From assembly GCA_016931965.1 (NCBI GenBank), contig JAFGDT010000007.1, forward strand, positions 1,063-65,062: a DNA stretch of 64,000 nt, in the 5' to 3' direction. The first letter of the stretch is position 1; every line of letters begins with the position of its first letter. The notes under the pieces are model-generated. The model ran no database searches, had not been told where the DNA came from, and saw only the letters and a program-made list of their open reading frames with translations. This stretch comes from a bacterium (GTDB taxonomy: Bacteria > Zhuqueibacterota > QNDG01 > DSAB01). A program made the position numbers and the translations under genes. Shown one piece after another: positions 9,245-18,301 of this stretch.

Positions 9245-10285
9245 CTAAAATCCCCGTTTCTTGACCTTTTCACAGTCCGCCTCCACCATGATCTTCACCA
9301 GCTCGGCAAACTTGACCTGGGGATCCCATCCTAACTTCTGTTTCGCTTTTGAACAATCCCCGACTAAAAAATCGACCTCCGTGGGCCTGAAATATTTCGT
9401 ATCGACAGCCACACGCACCTGACCGCTCTTCTTCTCAATGCCCCTTTCGCCGTTTCCTTTTCCCTCCCACTCCAATTCCATGCCGATTTCTTTGAAAGCC
9501 AGATCGACAAACTCCCTCACCGAATAAGACTCACCCGTGGCAATGACAAAATCTTCCGGTTCGTCAAGCTGCAGCATTTTCCACATCGCATCGACATACT
9601 CGGGCGCATAGCCCCAGTCCCGCCTGGCATCCAAGTTGCCGACAACGAGTTTTTCCTGGATGTTGTGTCGGATTCGGGCCACAGCTCTGGTGATCTTCCG
9701 GCTGATGAATGTCTCTCCTCGCCGTGGCGATTCATGGTTAAAGAGAATCCCGTTGCAGGCAAACAGATTGTAGGCCTCGCGGTAATTCACAATGATCCAG
9801 TAGGCGTACAGTTTGGCGATTCCGTAGGGTGACCGCGGATAAAAGGGTGTCTTTTCCGTCTGCGGAATTTCCCGCGCCTTGCCGTAAAGCTCGCTGGTCG
9901 AAGCCTGATAGAACTTCGTCCGGATCCCCGTCTCCTTGATCGCATCCAAAAACCGCAGTGTGCCGATGGCGTCGACCTCCGCCGTATATTCAGGCACTTC
10001 AAAAGAGACCTTCACATGGCTCTGAGCACCCAGGTTGTATATTTCATCAGGTTTCACTTTTTCCAGCAGCCGGTTGAGATTGCTGGAATCGGTCAGATCA
10101 CCATGATATAAAAACATCCTTTTATCATGAATGTCGGGATCATTGAAAAGGTGATCGATTCGGCCGGTATTGAACGAACTGCTCCTCCGGATAATACCGT
10201 GCACTTCGTAGCCCTTCTCCAGGAGAAGCTCAGTAAGATAAGAGCCGTCCTGGCCTGTGATCCCTGTGATGAGAGCCTTTTTCAA
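9245..10285 (-). CDS. gmd: GDP-mannose 4,6-dehydratase
   Basis: [41 protein letters not shown]; TTG start. Confidence 0.97.
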   Translation of the reverse strand: MKKALITGITGQDGSYLTELLLEKGYEVHGIIRRSSSFNTGRIDHLFNDPDIHDKRMFLYHGDLTDSSNLNRLLEKVKPDEIYNLGAQSHVKVSFEVPEYTAEVDAIGTLRFLDAIKETGIRTKFYQASTSELYGKAREIPQTEKTPFYPRSPYGIAKLYAYWIIVNYREAYNLFACNGILFNHESPRRGETFISRKITRAVARIRHNIQEKLVVGNLDARRDWGYAPEYVDAMWKMLQLDEPEDFVIATGESYSVREFVDLAFKEIGMELEWEGKGNGERGIEKKSGQVRVAVDTKYFRPTEVDFLVGDCSKAKQKLGWDPQVKFAELVKIMVEADCEKVKKRGF

Positions 10286-10304
10286 TTGAATATCCTTATT
10301 AAAC

Positions 10305-10470
10305 AGTGCCTAAAGTTATTCAAAATGTAAAAATCAAAACCACAATGAAAAATCCAAAATCCAAATTTACCCTGTTAGATAACTAACTTCTGACATCGAA
10401 TACAAATCCAAATAATTTCTATCTAACAGGGTAGATACCAATACTATCAAATAAAAAAAAGTGCCCAAAG
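10305..10470. repeat. AGTGCCTAAAG plus partial A-arm, MITE-like insert and AGTGCCCAAAG
   Basis: Same motifs as 451-512 and 5187. Confidence 0.8.
10368..10433. mobile_element. MITE-like element with 14-bp perfect terminal inverted repeats
   Basis: taccctgttagata / tatctaacagggta, 38-nt interior. Confidence 0.55.
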
Positions 10471-10577
10471 TAAGACAAAGAAAAAAGATAAAAGATAAAA
10501 CAGATTTTTCATTCATAAATCTGAACTGTATGATACATCTTTTCTGAAATGAATTTTCTTCATGATACTATTAAATT

Positions 10578-10683
10578 AAATCAAAAATCAAAATGTAAAA
10601 ATCAAAATGACAATGTAAAATGCAAATATATTTATTTTTGATTTTTGATATGTCATTTTTCATTTTGATATTTGATTTTTAAT
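10578..10683. repeat. Empty arm pair (hairpin with no cargo gene)
   Basis: Left arm 45/50 identical to 13130-13179; 10578-10595 pairs with 10661-10678 (1 mismatch). Confidence 0.85.
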
Positions 10684-10693
10684 ATACTCTTTA

Positions 10694-11293
10694 TCACGAT
10701 GTCTGAATCAGCATCTCCCCCTCAACCCCATACTCCTTCTGACACCGCATACAGATGGCCGTCTTCTCGACCACTTCCAGTTTCTCTCCGCATTCACAGA
10801 CCCAACCCTGCTGTTTAGCAGGGACGCCGACCATCAGTCCATAGTCGGGCACGTCCTTGGTCACCACAGCTCCTGCGCCGATAAAGGCATGTCTGCCGAT
10901 GGTATGACCGCAGACAATGGTGGCATTGGCGCCAATGGAGGCTCCTTCACGAACGAGTGTTTTTTTGTAAAATTCTTTTCCCCGCTGTGGGTATTTGCAC
11001 CGCGGATCGAGGATGTTGGTAAAGACCATCGAAGGACCGCAGAAGACATAATCTTCAAGCTCGACGCCTTCGTAGACCGAAACATTGTTCTGGATCTTGA
11101 CATGATTGCCGATCCTGACGTTGTTCCCCACATTCACATTCTGCCCCACAGAACAGTTTTTCCCGATCATCGAACCGCTCTGAATATGCGAAAAATGCCA
11201 GATTTTCGTGCCCTCCCCGATCTCCACATTCTCATCCACATAACTGCTCTCGTGCACAAAGTATTTCTTTTTTTCAGCCATTGTATGATCCAC
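10694..11293 (-). CDS. WbpD/WlbB-like sugar N-acetyltransferase (hexapeptide repeat)
   Basis: IGEGTKIWHFSHI, KIQNNVSVYEGV, VFCGPSMVFTN, GASIGANATI. Confidence 0.88.
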   Translation of the reverse strand: MDHTMAEKKKYFVHESSYVDENVEIGEGTKIWHFSHIQSGSMIGKNCSVGQNVNVGNNVRIGNHVKIQNNVSVYEGVELEDYVFCGPSMVFTNILDPRCKYPQRGKEFYKKTLVREGASIGANATIVCGHTIGRHAFIGAGAVVTKDVPDYGLMVGVPAKQQGWVCECGEKLEVVEKTAICMRCQKEYGVEGEMLIQTS

Positions 11294-11314
11294 TTTTACT
11301 GAAATAAACGAACA

Positions 11315-11557
11315 TCATGTTTTGCCGGATTGATGCGAATGCATAGCTGCCCTTAATCTCCCCTGTGTCTGAATCAGTGCCTCCAGATGCTCCTGATGCC
11401 ATTTTTGAATCATATCGGGATGCATGGATTGACCGAATTCGTATAATTCGGCAAATTGCTCTAAATGTTCTTGCACTGAAATCTGTTTATTGTACCTGAT
11501 TTCCCAATCATTGAAACGGCGATATTTCTCCAAAAGAAGTGTGTATCTATTTTTCAT
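11315..11557 (-). CDS. Hypothetical 80-aa protein coupled to the nucleotidyltransferase
   Basis: Overlaps the stop of 11547-12107; no recognisable motif. Confidence 0.55.
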   Translation of the reverse strand: MKNRYTLLLEKYRRFNDWEIRYNKQISVQEHLEQFAELYEFGQSMHPDMIQKWHQEHLEALIQTQGRLRAAMHSHQSGKT

Positions 11558-12107
11558 GTTTCATCTGTTCCAGTTTTTCAATAATCATTGCATTGTTCAG
11601 GAACTCTGAGAGCTCCCTGCAGTGTTTCATCACGTGGTCCCAATCCAAATTGTCCGCATGATTTTCAACAACCGTCCGAATATCGATCCAGTCCTTTTCC
11701 CTTTTGGAAATGGCTTTTTGAATAATAAAATCTTCCGGTGTACATACACTGGCCTCAATGCCAAACAGAGACGTTTTTCGGCTTCGTTTAACCGCTTCTT
11801 TCTCAAACGGCAGTTCGGCAACTACAAGATCAATCCGGCAACCAGCCACTTTTATCGGCAATACATTGGTTTCTTTGATAAACTGTTCAGGCTTCTCAGA
11901 GAGGAATTCTGAAACAGGACCAAGTATCTTTATCAGCTTTGCATAACCTTTCTGACCACCTGGCAGCAGGATCTTGATATCAATATCCACCGTAAATCTT
12001 GGACATCCATAAACTGACAGAGCTATACCCCCAAAAATCATGTATTCAATCTGATTTTTTTCAAAAACGGATATTAATATCCCAAGTGATTTTTTGAAAG
12101 GTTTCAC
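11547..12107 (-). CDS. Nucleotidyltransferase (DUF6036/AbiEii-like fold)
   Basis: MIFGGIALSVYGCPRFTVDIDI and EDFIIQKAISKREKDWIDI motifs; GTG start abuts the upstream stop. Confidence 0.75.
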   Translation of the reverse strand: MKPFKKSLGILISVFEKNQIEYMIFGGIALSVYGCPRFTVDIDIKILLPGGQKGYAKLIKILGPVSEFLSEKPEQFIKETNVLPIKVAGCRIDLVVAELPFEKEAVKRSRKTSLFGIEASVCTPEDFIIQKAISKREKDWIDIRTVVENHADNLDWDHVMKHCRELSEFLNNAMIIEKLEQMKHEK

Positions 12108-13088
12108 TTACCATTGCTCCATCAAAGATGCCGTTGCCCTTTCCAGAATTTCCAGAACCTCCACACCATTCTGACCGTTGGCAATTTCAACCGGTGAACC
12201 GTCCAGATGATTCAGAAAATAGCGCAGTTCCTCTGTGAGCGGCATGGCCGGATCATACGGGATCACTTCCGTCGGCCCCTCCCGCTTAATCGGTTCGCCG
12301 CGGACCCAGTCGATGCCTTTTTCGTAATAGAGAACCTCTTTTTCTTCTGAGGAATCCTCAAACGACAGCATGCCTTTCGATCCGATGATGACCAGCCGGT
12401 GCTCTTTAAAGGGATGCAGCCAGCTGACAAAATTATGGACCACAATATTATTGGGATAGGTTAAAACCGTCATGGTGGAATCATGAATGTGGGGCTGGAT
12501 AAAGGCACCGCCGCGGGAAACGATTTCAACAGGCAGCGCTTCGATTAAATACTGAAAAATAGCGATATCGTGCGGAGCAAAACTCCACAAAATGTTCTCC
12601 TCTTTACGGACGGTACCAAGGTTCAACCGGTTGCTGTAAATATATTGAAGTTTGCCGATTTTATCTGTTTGGATCAATTCCTTGATTTTTCGTATCGCGG
12701 GATGGAAAAGAAGCACATGCCCCACCATCAGATTGACACCTTGTTTCTCGGCCAGATCACGAAGCCTGATGGCATCTTTCAGATTGAGTGTAATTGGTTT
12801 TTCGACGAGAGCATGCTTTTTTGATTTTATGACACTTTCGGCGATCTCGTAATGGGTTTCGGCTGGCGTGGCCACAATGAATCCGTCAAAATCCGCCTCA
12901 ATTGCCTGCTGCAAATCTTCAAAAACCTTGATATGCGCATATTGATTTTGATAGGCCTCAAGCGTTTCCCGATGGTTATCGACAACGCCTCCCAGACAGT
13001 GAAACTGATCAAGCGTCTTGATATGATTCTTCCCCCACCTGCCACCACCGACAACGCAAACATTTCTATCATTTGATTTATGAGTCAA
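12108..13088 (-). CDS. Gfo/Idh/MocA oxidoreductase, WbpB/WlbA-like
   Basis: VVGGGRWGKNH, VEKP, VGHVLLFHPA, WSFAPHD; context with aminotransferase and acetyltransferase. Confidence 0.82.
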   Translation of the reverse strand: MTHKSNDRNVCVVGGGRWGKNHIKTLDQFHCLGGVVDNHRETLEAYQNQYAHIKVFEDLQQAIEADFDGFIVATPAETHYEIAESVIKSKKHALVEKPITLNLKDAIRLRDLAEKQGVNLMVGHVLLFHPAIRKIKELIQTDKIGKLQYIYSNRLNLGTVRKEENILWSFAPHDIAIFQYLIEALPVEIVSRGGAFIQPHIHDSTMTVLTYPNNIVVHNFVSWLHPFKEHRLVIIGSKGMLSFEDSSEEKEVLYYEKGIDWVRGEPIKREGPTEVIPYDPAMPLTEELRYFLNHLDGSPVEIANGQNGVEVLEILERATASLMEQW

Positions 13089-13129
13089 CCTGAAATCCTT
13101 TCGCTTTCTATTTTGGATTTGCCATACTT

Positions 13130-13179
13130 AAATCAAAAATTAAAATGCAAATATCAAAATGACAATGTAAAATGTAAAA
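13130..13179. repeat. A-arm directly after the 4HB stop codon
   Basis: 13130-13151 pairs with 13545-13566 at 21/22 positions. Confidence 0.9.
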
Positions 13180-13551
13180 TTACCTCTTTCCTTTAAGTGT
13201 TAAAATACTGGAAGCGAAAATATTTCCAATCTCTTCTAATTCTTTTAAAAACCAATCTACTTCTTTTTGTTGAACACGCTTACTATCTCTAAGCAAAGAA
13301 ATCCACAGTTTACTCTCATTTGTCGATTTTAAAGATATATTAAAATAGTTCGTGAAATCCTTTTTGCTACTGGCAGCTTGACCTTCTATATAATTTCCCA
13401 ATATACTTGTGCTGCTACGTAATAGCTGATCTCCAAGCCTTTTGGAAACATTGTCTTTAGGTAAATGATCCAAAAATTCTATCAACTTAAGAACAAAACG
13501 ATAAAGACGACCTTTAAACTCCTTTTTAAATTTTGATCTGCCATTTTGCAT
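13180..13551 (-). CDS. Four-helix-bundle protein (23S rRNA IVP / TIGR02436-like)
   Basis: QLLRSSTSILGNYIEG..ASSKKDF...SLKSTNESKLWISLL signature. Confidence 0.92.
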   Translation of the reverse strand: MQNGRSKFKKEFKGRLYRFVLKLIEFLDHLPKDNVSKRLGDQLLRSSTSILGNYIEGQAASSKKDFTNYFNISLKSTNESKLWISLLRDSKRVQQKEVDWFLKELEEIGNIFASSILTLKGKR

Positions 13552-13570
13552 TTTAATATTTGATTTTTAC
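13543..13570. repeat. T-arm containing the 4HB start codon
   Basis: attttgcattttaatatttgatttttac; the ATG (13551-13549) lies inside the repeat. Confidence 0.85.
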
Positions 13571-13591
13571 ATTATTACTCACAAAACAACT

Positions 13592-14728
13592 CTATTGATA
13601 AAATTCCATGATTGCCTCGATGACATAATCTTGCATCTCTCTTGTTAATTCGGGATAAATCGGTAGCGCCAATGTATGGGAAGCGGCATGCTCGCTGTTC
13701 GGAAAATCGCCGGTTTGATATCCCAAATATTGAAAACAGGCCTGCTGATGAAAGGGTACGGGGTAGTAAATTTCATGACCGACCTGTTTCTTTTTGAGAA
13801 AAGCGCCGAGGTCATCCCTTCGGTCCGGAACGGAAATCACATACTGATTGTAGATGTGATACTCCCTCTCGTAGGCAATCACCGGTTTTTGAATGCCTTC
13901 AACATTGAGATGAGCATCATAGTAAGCAGCATTCTCCTGACGCCCCTTATGCCATGTTTCAAGATAGGTGAACTTGACAAGCAGAATAGCCGCCTGTATG
14001 GGATCCAGCCGAAAATTGCCGCCGATGAGTGAATGATAATATTTGGGAGAGGCCCCGTGATTCCTTAACTTGATCAACTTGTAGGCCAGACCTTCATCAT
14101 TGGTAACAACCATACCCCCGTCACCCATCGCACCCAGATTCTTGCTCGGGAAAAAGGAGAAACATCCCATTGCCCCCATGCTGCCTGCTTTCCTGACATC
14201 GGTTGATGAGGGATATCGGGCGCCGATGGCCTGGGCGGCATCCTCGATAACAGGAATGTCGAATTGGCTTGCCATTTCAAGGATTGGATCCATATCCGCA
14301 CATTGCCCGTAGAGATGCACGGGGATCATTGATTTGACTTTCTTCGCCTTTTTGGGATTGTCATAAAACCAATTCTTGAGTGCCTGGGGATCCATGTTGT
14401 ACGTATCCGGCTCGATATCGATGAAAACCGGCACAGCACGGAGACGGGCGATCACACCCGCTGTGGCAAAAAAGGAATAAGGTGTGGTGATGACCAGATC
14501 ATCCGGCTGGATGTCCAATGCCATCAATGAAACGAGCAGAGCATCCGTTCCTGAAGAGACACCGATACCGAAAGCAGCACTGCAGTATTTCGCCAGAGTC
14601 TTCTCCAATTCGACCACTTTGGGTCCCATGATATACCGTGTGGATTCAATCACTTCATCGATTGCTTTTTTCACTTCATCCCGAATCGGCTCCAGTTGCG
14701 CTTTCAGATCAAGTAAAACCACTTCCAT
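13592..14728 (-). CDS. DegT/DnrJ/EryC1/StrS aminotransferase, WbpE-like
   Basis: SSGTDAL, VHLYGQ, EDAAQAIGA, FSFFPSKNLGAMGDGG, GGNFRLD. Confidence 0.9.
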   Translation of the reverse strand: MEVVLLDLKAQLEPIRDEVKKAIDEVIESTRYIMGPKVVELEKTLAKYCSAAFGIGVSSGTDALLVSLMALDIQPDDLVITTPYSFFATAGVIARLRAVPVFIDIEPDTYNMDPQALKNWFYDNPKKAKKVKSMIPVHLYGQCADMDPILEMASQFDIPVIEDAAQAIGARYPSSTDVRKAGSMGAMGCFSFFPSKNLGAMGDGGMVVTNDEGLAYKLIKLRNHGASPKYYHSLIGGNFRLDPIQAAILLVKFTYLETWHKGRQENAAYYDAHLNVEGIQKPVIAYEREYHIYNQYVISVPDRRDDLGAFLKKKQVGHEIYYPVPFHQQACFQYLGYQTGDFPNSEHAASHTLALPIYPELTREMQDYVIEAIMEFYQ

Positions 14729-14863
14729 ATCGTTTTTCTCTTTCAGGTTCTAAATACAGCTCCGCCTCCTCAGTCCCATAATTGGAACCGAGCGAGGCAA
14801 AAATGAATGATATAATCTATCTCGAAAATTCGAACCGGCTCTTATGGATAGCCGGTCAGAACA

Positions 14864-15985
14864 TCAGCATCCAATCACATCAACGATTCTTCGAGCCACC
14901 TGATCGTCCCAGAATTTAGGGATAGTCCCCCGCTTGACACGACCGTTCAACACGTCCCGACTGTATTTGAGAATTTGATCGGGATCGGTTCCCACAAGAA
15001 CATTGGTCCCCTTTGAAATGGTAATGGGACGTTCGGTATTCTCCCGTATCGTCAGACAGGGCACCTGAAAAAAGGTGGTCTCTTCCTGTATGCCGCCCGA
15101 ATCGGTAAGCACCAAACGGGCGTGTTTCTCAAGGGCAATAAAATCAAAATAGCCAAGGGGATCAAGAACCCGTAACCGATGATCGCTGGATATCATTTCG
15201 GACAAATTGAATTCGCGAATGCGTTTTTGTGTTCTGGGATGAGCCGGAAAAATAACCGGAATATCCTTCCCGATTTTTAACAGCACATCCAGAATTTCCT
15301 GAAATGTTTCCCGATGATCCACATTTTTGGGACGATGCAGCGTCACCAGAACATACCCACCCTGAATGAGATTCATTTTCTTCAAAATATCGGAACTTTC
15401 ATACTTCTCTCGATACCGAATCAGGGAATGGATCATCGTATTGCCGACATAGTGAATTTTACCGCTATCAATACCTTCGGCTTGGAGATTCTCTCCCGCA
15501 GCCGGTTCTGTGGTAAATAAATAATCAGAGATTTGATCTGTCAAGATTCGGTTGATCTCTTCAGGCATTGTCCGGTCTCTGCTTCTCAATCCGGCTTCAA
15601 TATGCGCCACGGGAACATGCATTTTCACAGCCACCAGCGCACAGGCCAGTGTCGAATTGACGTCGCCCACAACGACAACAAGATCCGGCCCTGTTTCATT
15701 AACCACCTTTTCAAAAGCAATCATGATTTTGGCTGTCTGAGCCCCATGGCTTGCAGAGCCAACGTTGAGACAAATATCGGGTTCGGGCAGTTCCAGATCT
15801 TCTAAAAAGAATCTGGACATTTCATCATCATAATGCTGGCCAGTATGCACGAACAGGGGTTTGAACCCATCCGGATATTTGATCATCTCACACCAAATGG
15901 GAGCGATCTTCATGAAATTGGGTCGTGCCCCGGCAACAAGAATGATCTTTTTGGGTTTTTTATCAATGCGTTTTTCTTTTTTCAT
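14864..15985 (-). CDS. wecB: Non-hydrolysing UDP-GlcNAc(-type) 2-epimerase
   Basis: GARPNFMK, HTGQHYD, GDVNST, HIEAGLRS, TDSGGIQEE. Confidence 0.92.
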   Translation of the reverse strand: MKKEKRIDKKPKKIILVAGARPNFMKIAPIWCEMIKYPDGFKPLFVHTGQHYDDEMSRFFLEDLELPEPDICLNVGSASHGAQTAKIMIAFEKVVNETGPDLVVVVGDVNSTLACALVAVKMHVPVAHIEAGLRSRDRTMPEEINRILTDQISDYLFTTEPAAGENLQAEGIDSGKIHYVGNTMIHSLIRYREKYESSDILKKMNLIQGGYVLVTLHRPKNVDHRETFQEILDVLLKIGKDIPVIFPAHPRTQKRIREFNLSEMISSDHRLRVLDPLGYFDFIALEKHARLVLTDSGGIQEETTFFQVPCLTIRENTERPITISKGTNVLVGTDPDQILKYSRDVLNGRVKRGTIPKFWDDQVARRIVDVIGC

Positions 15986-15993
15986 ATCTCTGT

Positions 15994-16587
15994 TCAGGTC
16001 AATCGATTCAGCATCAATTTCCGGGATGAGCCAATCACCGATCTCGCTTTGGTTTTTTCGATTACCTTCACATCCAAACCATCCACATTCAACCGCAACG
16101 CCTGATGAATCGACTCAATGGAGACAATGAGTCTCCGTTGATTGTGAATGGCTTCCAATCTCCCTCGGAGACCCGACAATGGTCCGCACACGATTTCCAC
16201 AATATCTCCGCGGGACAGTCCGGTACAGGGTTCAACGTCAGGTGATTCCCGCAGTATGCGCCGGATATTTTCAATCTCCTCGTCACGTACGATGGCCGGT
16301 TTGCTGTTAAACGTGACGTATCGAACACAGCCGTAGGTTTGCAGGGCCTGAAATCGGGTTACCGGATCCACATGGACAAACACATAACATCGGAACAGGG
16401 GTTCTTCAATCCACTTCTTACGGTCGCTCCATTTTCGAAGGACGTTTCGAAGAGGCAGATAGGATTCGATTCCTTTATCTTTTAACTGATCGTTTACTTT
16501 TTTCTCATAACGGGAACGGGTATAAAGCGCATACCAGTGTATCAATCGATTCCCATCAAGTGAATCCGATTTTTTCAAAACGGTCAA
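15994..16587 (-). CDS. UpxY/NusG-family transcription antiterminator
   Basis: WYALYTRSRYEKKV, WSDRKKWIEEPLFRCYVFV, C-terminal KOW (GDIVEIVCGPLSGLRG); heads the operon. Confidence 0.9.
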   Translation of the reverse strand: MTVLKKSDSLDGNRLIHWYALYTRSRYEKKVNDQLKDKGIESYLPLRNVLRKWSDRKKWIEEPLFRCYVFVHVDPVTRFQALQTYGCVRYVTFNSKPAIVRDEEIENIRRILRESPDVEPCTGLSRGDIVEIVCGPLSGLRGRLEAIHNQRRLIVSIESIHQALRLNVDGLDVKVIEKTKARSVIGSSRKLMLNRLT

Positions 16588-16740
16588 CTTCTCTCCTGCC
16601 CTATCACATTGAGGTCCGATCCGATTATCACTTCAATAATCAAAACACAACCTGGCAATCATATTACAAATGAAATCACTATATTTAATCCGTTGTGCAT
16701 AATTAAGGTTAACGTTTAAAAATGATTGGTTTTGTAAACT

Positions 16741-16820
16741 CCGCCCCTGGATTCCTGATTAAATATTTCAGGAATGACACCCTACCCCTGTCATTCCCGT
16801 AGTGTTTTGAGCGGGAATCC
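16741..16820. repeat. REP-like double hairpin, inverted homolog of 2766-2846
   Basis: ggattcctg...caggaatgac and gtcattcccg...cgggaatcc. Confidence 0.85.
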
Positions 16821-16912
16821 ACTTTTACTCTTGTAAATAATCCTTTTTCTGACATTTTTCTGAGTTTTGCACAATGAGTTATATTTATCTTAGAACATCA
16901 AAGACGATTCGC

Positions 16913-17272
16913 CTACCGTACGACGATCCAAATTCCTGAGACAATCAACAAAAATCCAATAATTTGCAGAGGACGAATGGCTTCATTGAGTAAAAAATAA
17001 GAAGCGCAGGTCACGAGTACCAATCCCATACTGACCATAATCGGATAGGCAATACTTAAATTGAGTCTCGTCAACACGATACTGTATGCGCCAAGAGAAA
17101 GAACAAACAACAGGATACCTCCAAGCAGCGCAGGCTGGAAGATGGCTTTCTGTAACAAGTCCAGCACACGTTCTGTTTTTCCGATTTTCAGCATACCGAC
17201 TTTAATCAGAACATTGGCAGAAGCATTAAAAACGATCGCTATAATAAGAATTGCGGCATCACGCATGATCAC
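16913..17272 (-). CDS. SMR/DMT-family small membrane transporter (ArnE/F-like flippase candidate)
   Basis: 119 aa, about 4 hydrophobic segments; LSIAYP motif. Confidence 0.75.
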   Translation of the reverse strand: MIMRDAAILIIAIVFNASANVLIKVGMLKIGKTERVLDLLQKAIFQPALLGGILLFVLSLGAYSIVLTRLNLSIAYPIMVSMGLVLVTCASYFLLNEAIRPLQIIGFLLIVSGIWIVVR

Positions 17273-17369
17273 CCTTTCCCCTGTAAGATGTTCAACTGGA
17301 CATTTCTTTCATTCGTCACACTTTTCCAAGATTCTATATCACTTTTTCCCAGATCATTCATTGAACCGT

Positions 17370-18269
17370 CTATACATGATAGAGAATTAATCCGACAGTC
17401 AATAAATAAAATAATATATTAACAATCATGGGTTTATCTTGAATCAGTATCTGTTCCGGGCTCCCCCCCAGACTCTTTTGATGAACCAGATAGAGATACC
17501 GGAAAATACCATAGAGTACGAATGGCATGGTAAACATCAAATTTTTTGTTCCAAACTTTTCAATCGTATCCGATGCCGTGGTGTAGAGAGCATAAAACAC
17601 AACCGTGGATGCAGTCACAACGGAGATCATTTGATCTAACAAATAGGGACTGTATTCTCCTAAAATTTTGCGATGATCGGTTGCACTATCACCCAAGAGT
17701 ACCAATTCATGCCGTCTTTTGCTCAATACCAGAAACAGTGCCAAAGAAATGGTACAAACCAAAAGCCAAAAGGAAATAGATACATCAATCACCACAGCGC
17801 CCGCAATCGCCCTCAGGACAAAACCGAGAGCGATCACGATCACGTCCAGGATGACAATGTGTTTAAAAACAACGGTGTATCCCAACATCATCAAAACATA
17901 GATGAGAGCGATCAAGCCGAAAGACCGGCTCAATAAAAACGATACAGCCAATCCGAGTGCAAAGAGTGAAACAGAAACGGTAATCGCTAATTGCACGGAG
18001 AGCTTGCCGCTGGCTAAAGGGCGCTTTTTTTTCAAAGGATGTGTTCTGTCCTGCTTTAAATCCACCAGGTCATTGACCAGATATTCCGCTCCGCTGAGAA
18101 TACAGAAAAGCACAAAAGCGGCTATCGATTGAATAAGCAGAGGACCCTGAAAAACACTTTTTGAAAAAATCAATCCTGCAAAGATCAGGAAATTTTTTGT
18201 CCACTGCTTCGGCCTGAGCGATATGAAAAGAGGACCCATTCGATTATTGTATCGTTCTCTTTTTATCAT
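17370..18269 (-). CDS. UbiA-family polyprenyl-phosphate phosphoribosyltransferase
   Basis: RPKQWTKN, NDLVD..DRTHPLKKKRPLASG, KRRHEL, YLLDQM, YGIFRYLYL. Confidence 0.85.
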   Translation of the reverse strand: MIKRERYNNRMGPLFISLRPKQWTKNFLIFAGLIFSKSVFQGPLLIQSIAAFVLFCILSGAEYLVNDLVDLKQDRTHPLKKKRPLASGKLSVQLAITVSVSLFALGLAVSFLLSRSFGLIALIYVLMMLGYTVVFKHIVILDVIVIALGFVLRAIAGAVVIDVSISFWLLVCTISLALFLVLSKRRHELVLLGDSATDHRKILGEYSPYLLDQMISVVTASTVVFYALYTTASDTIEKFGTKNLMFTMPFVLYGIFRYLYLVHQKSLGGSPEQILIQDKPMIVNILFYLLTVGLILYHV

Positions 18270-18301
18270 TGAAATTCAGGATGACGGACGAATCACTCCC
18301 A

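Noticed and set aside
16590-16910. ops/JUMPstart element or invertible promoter upstream of upxY
   Set aside because: No GGCGGTAG-type motif and no short inverted pair flanking a promoter-sized segment, apart from the REP hairpins.
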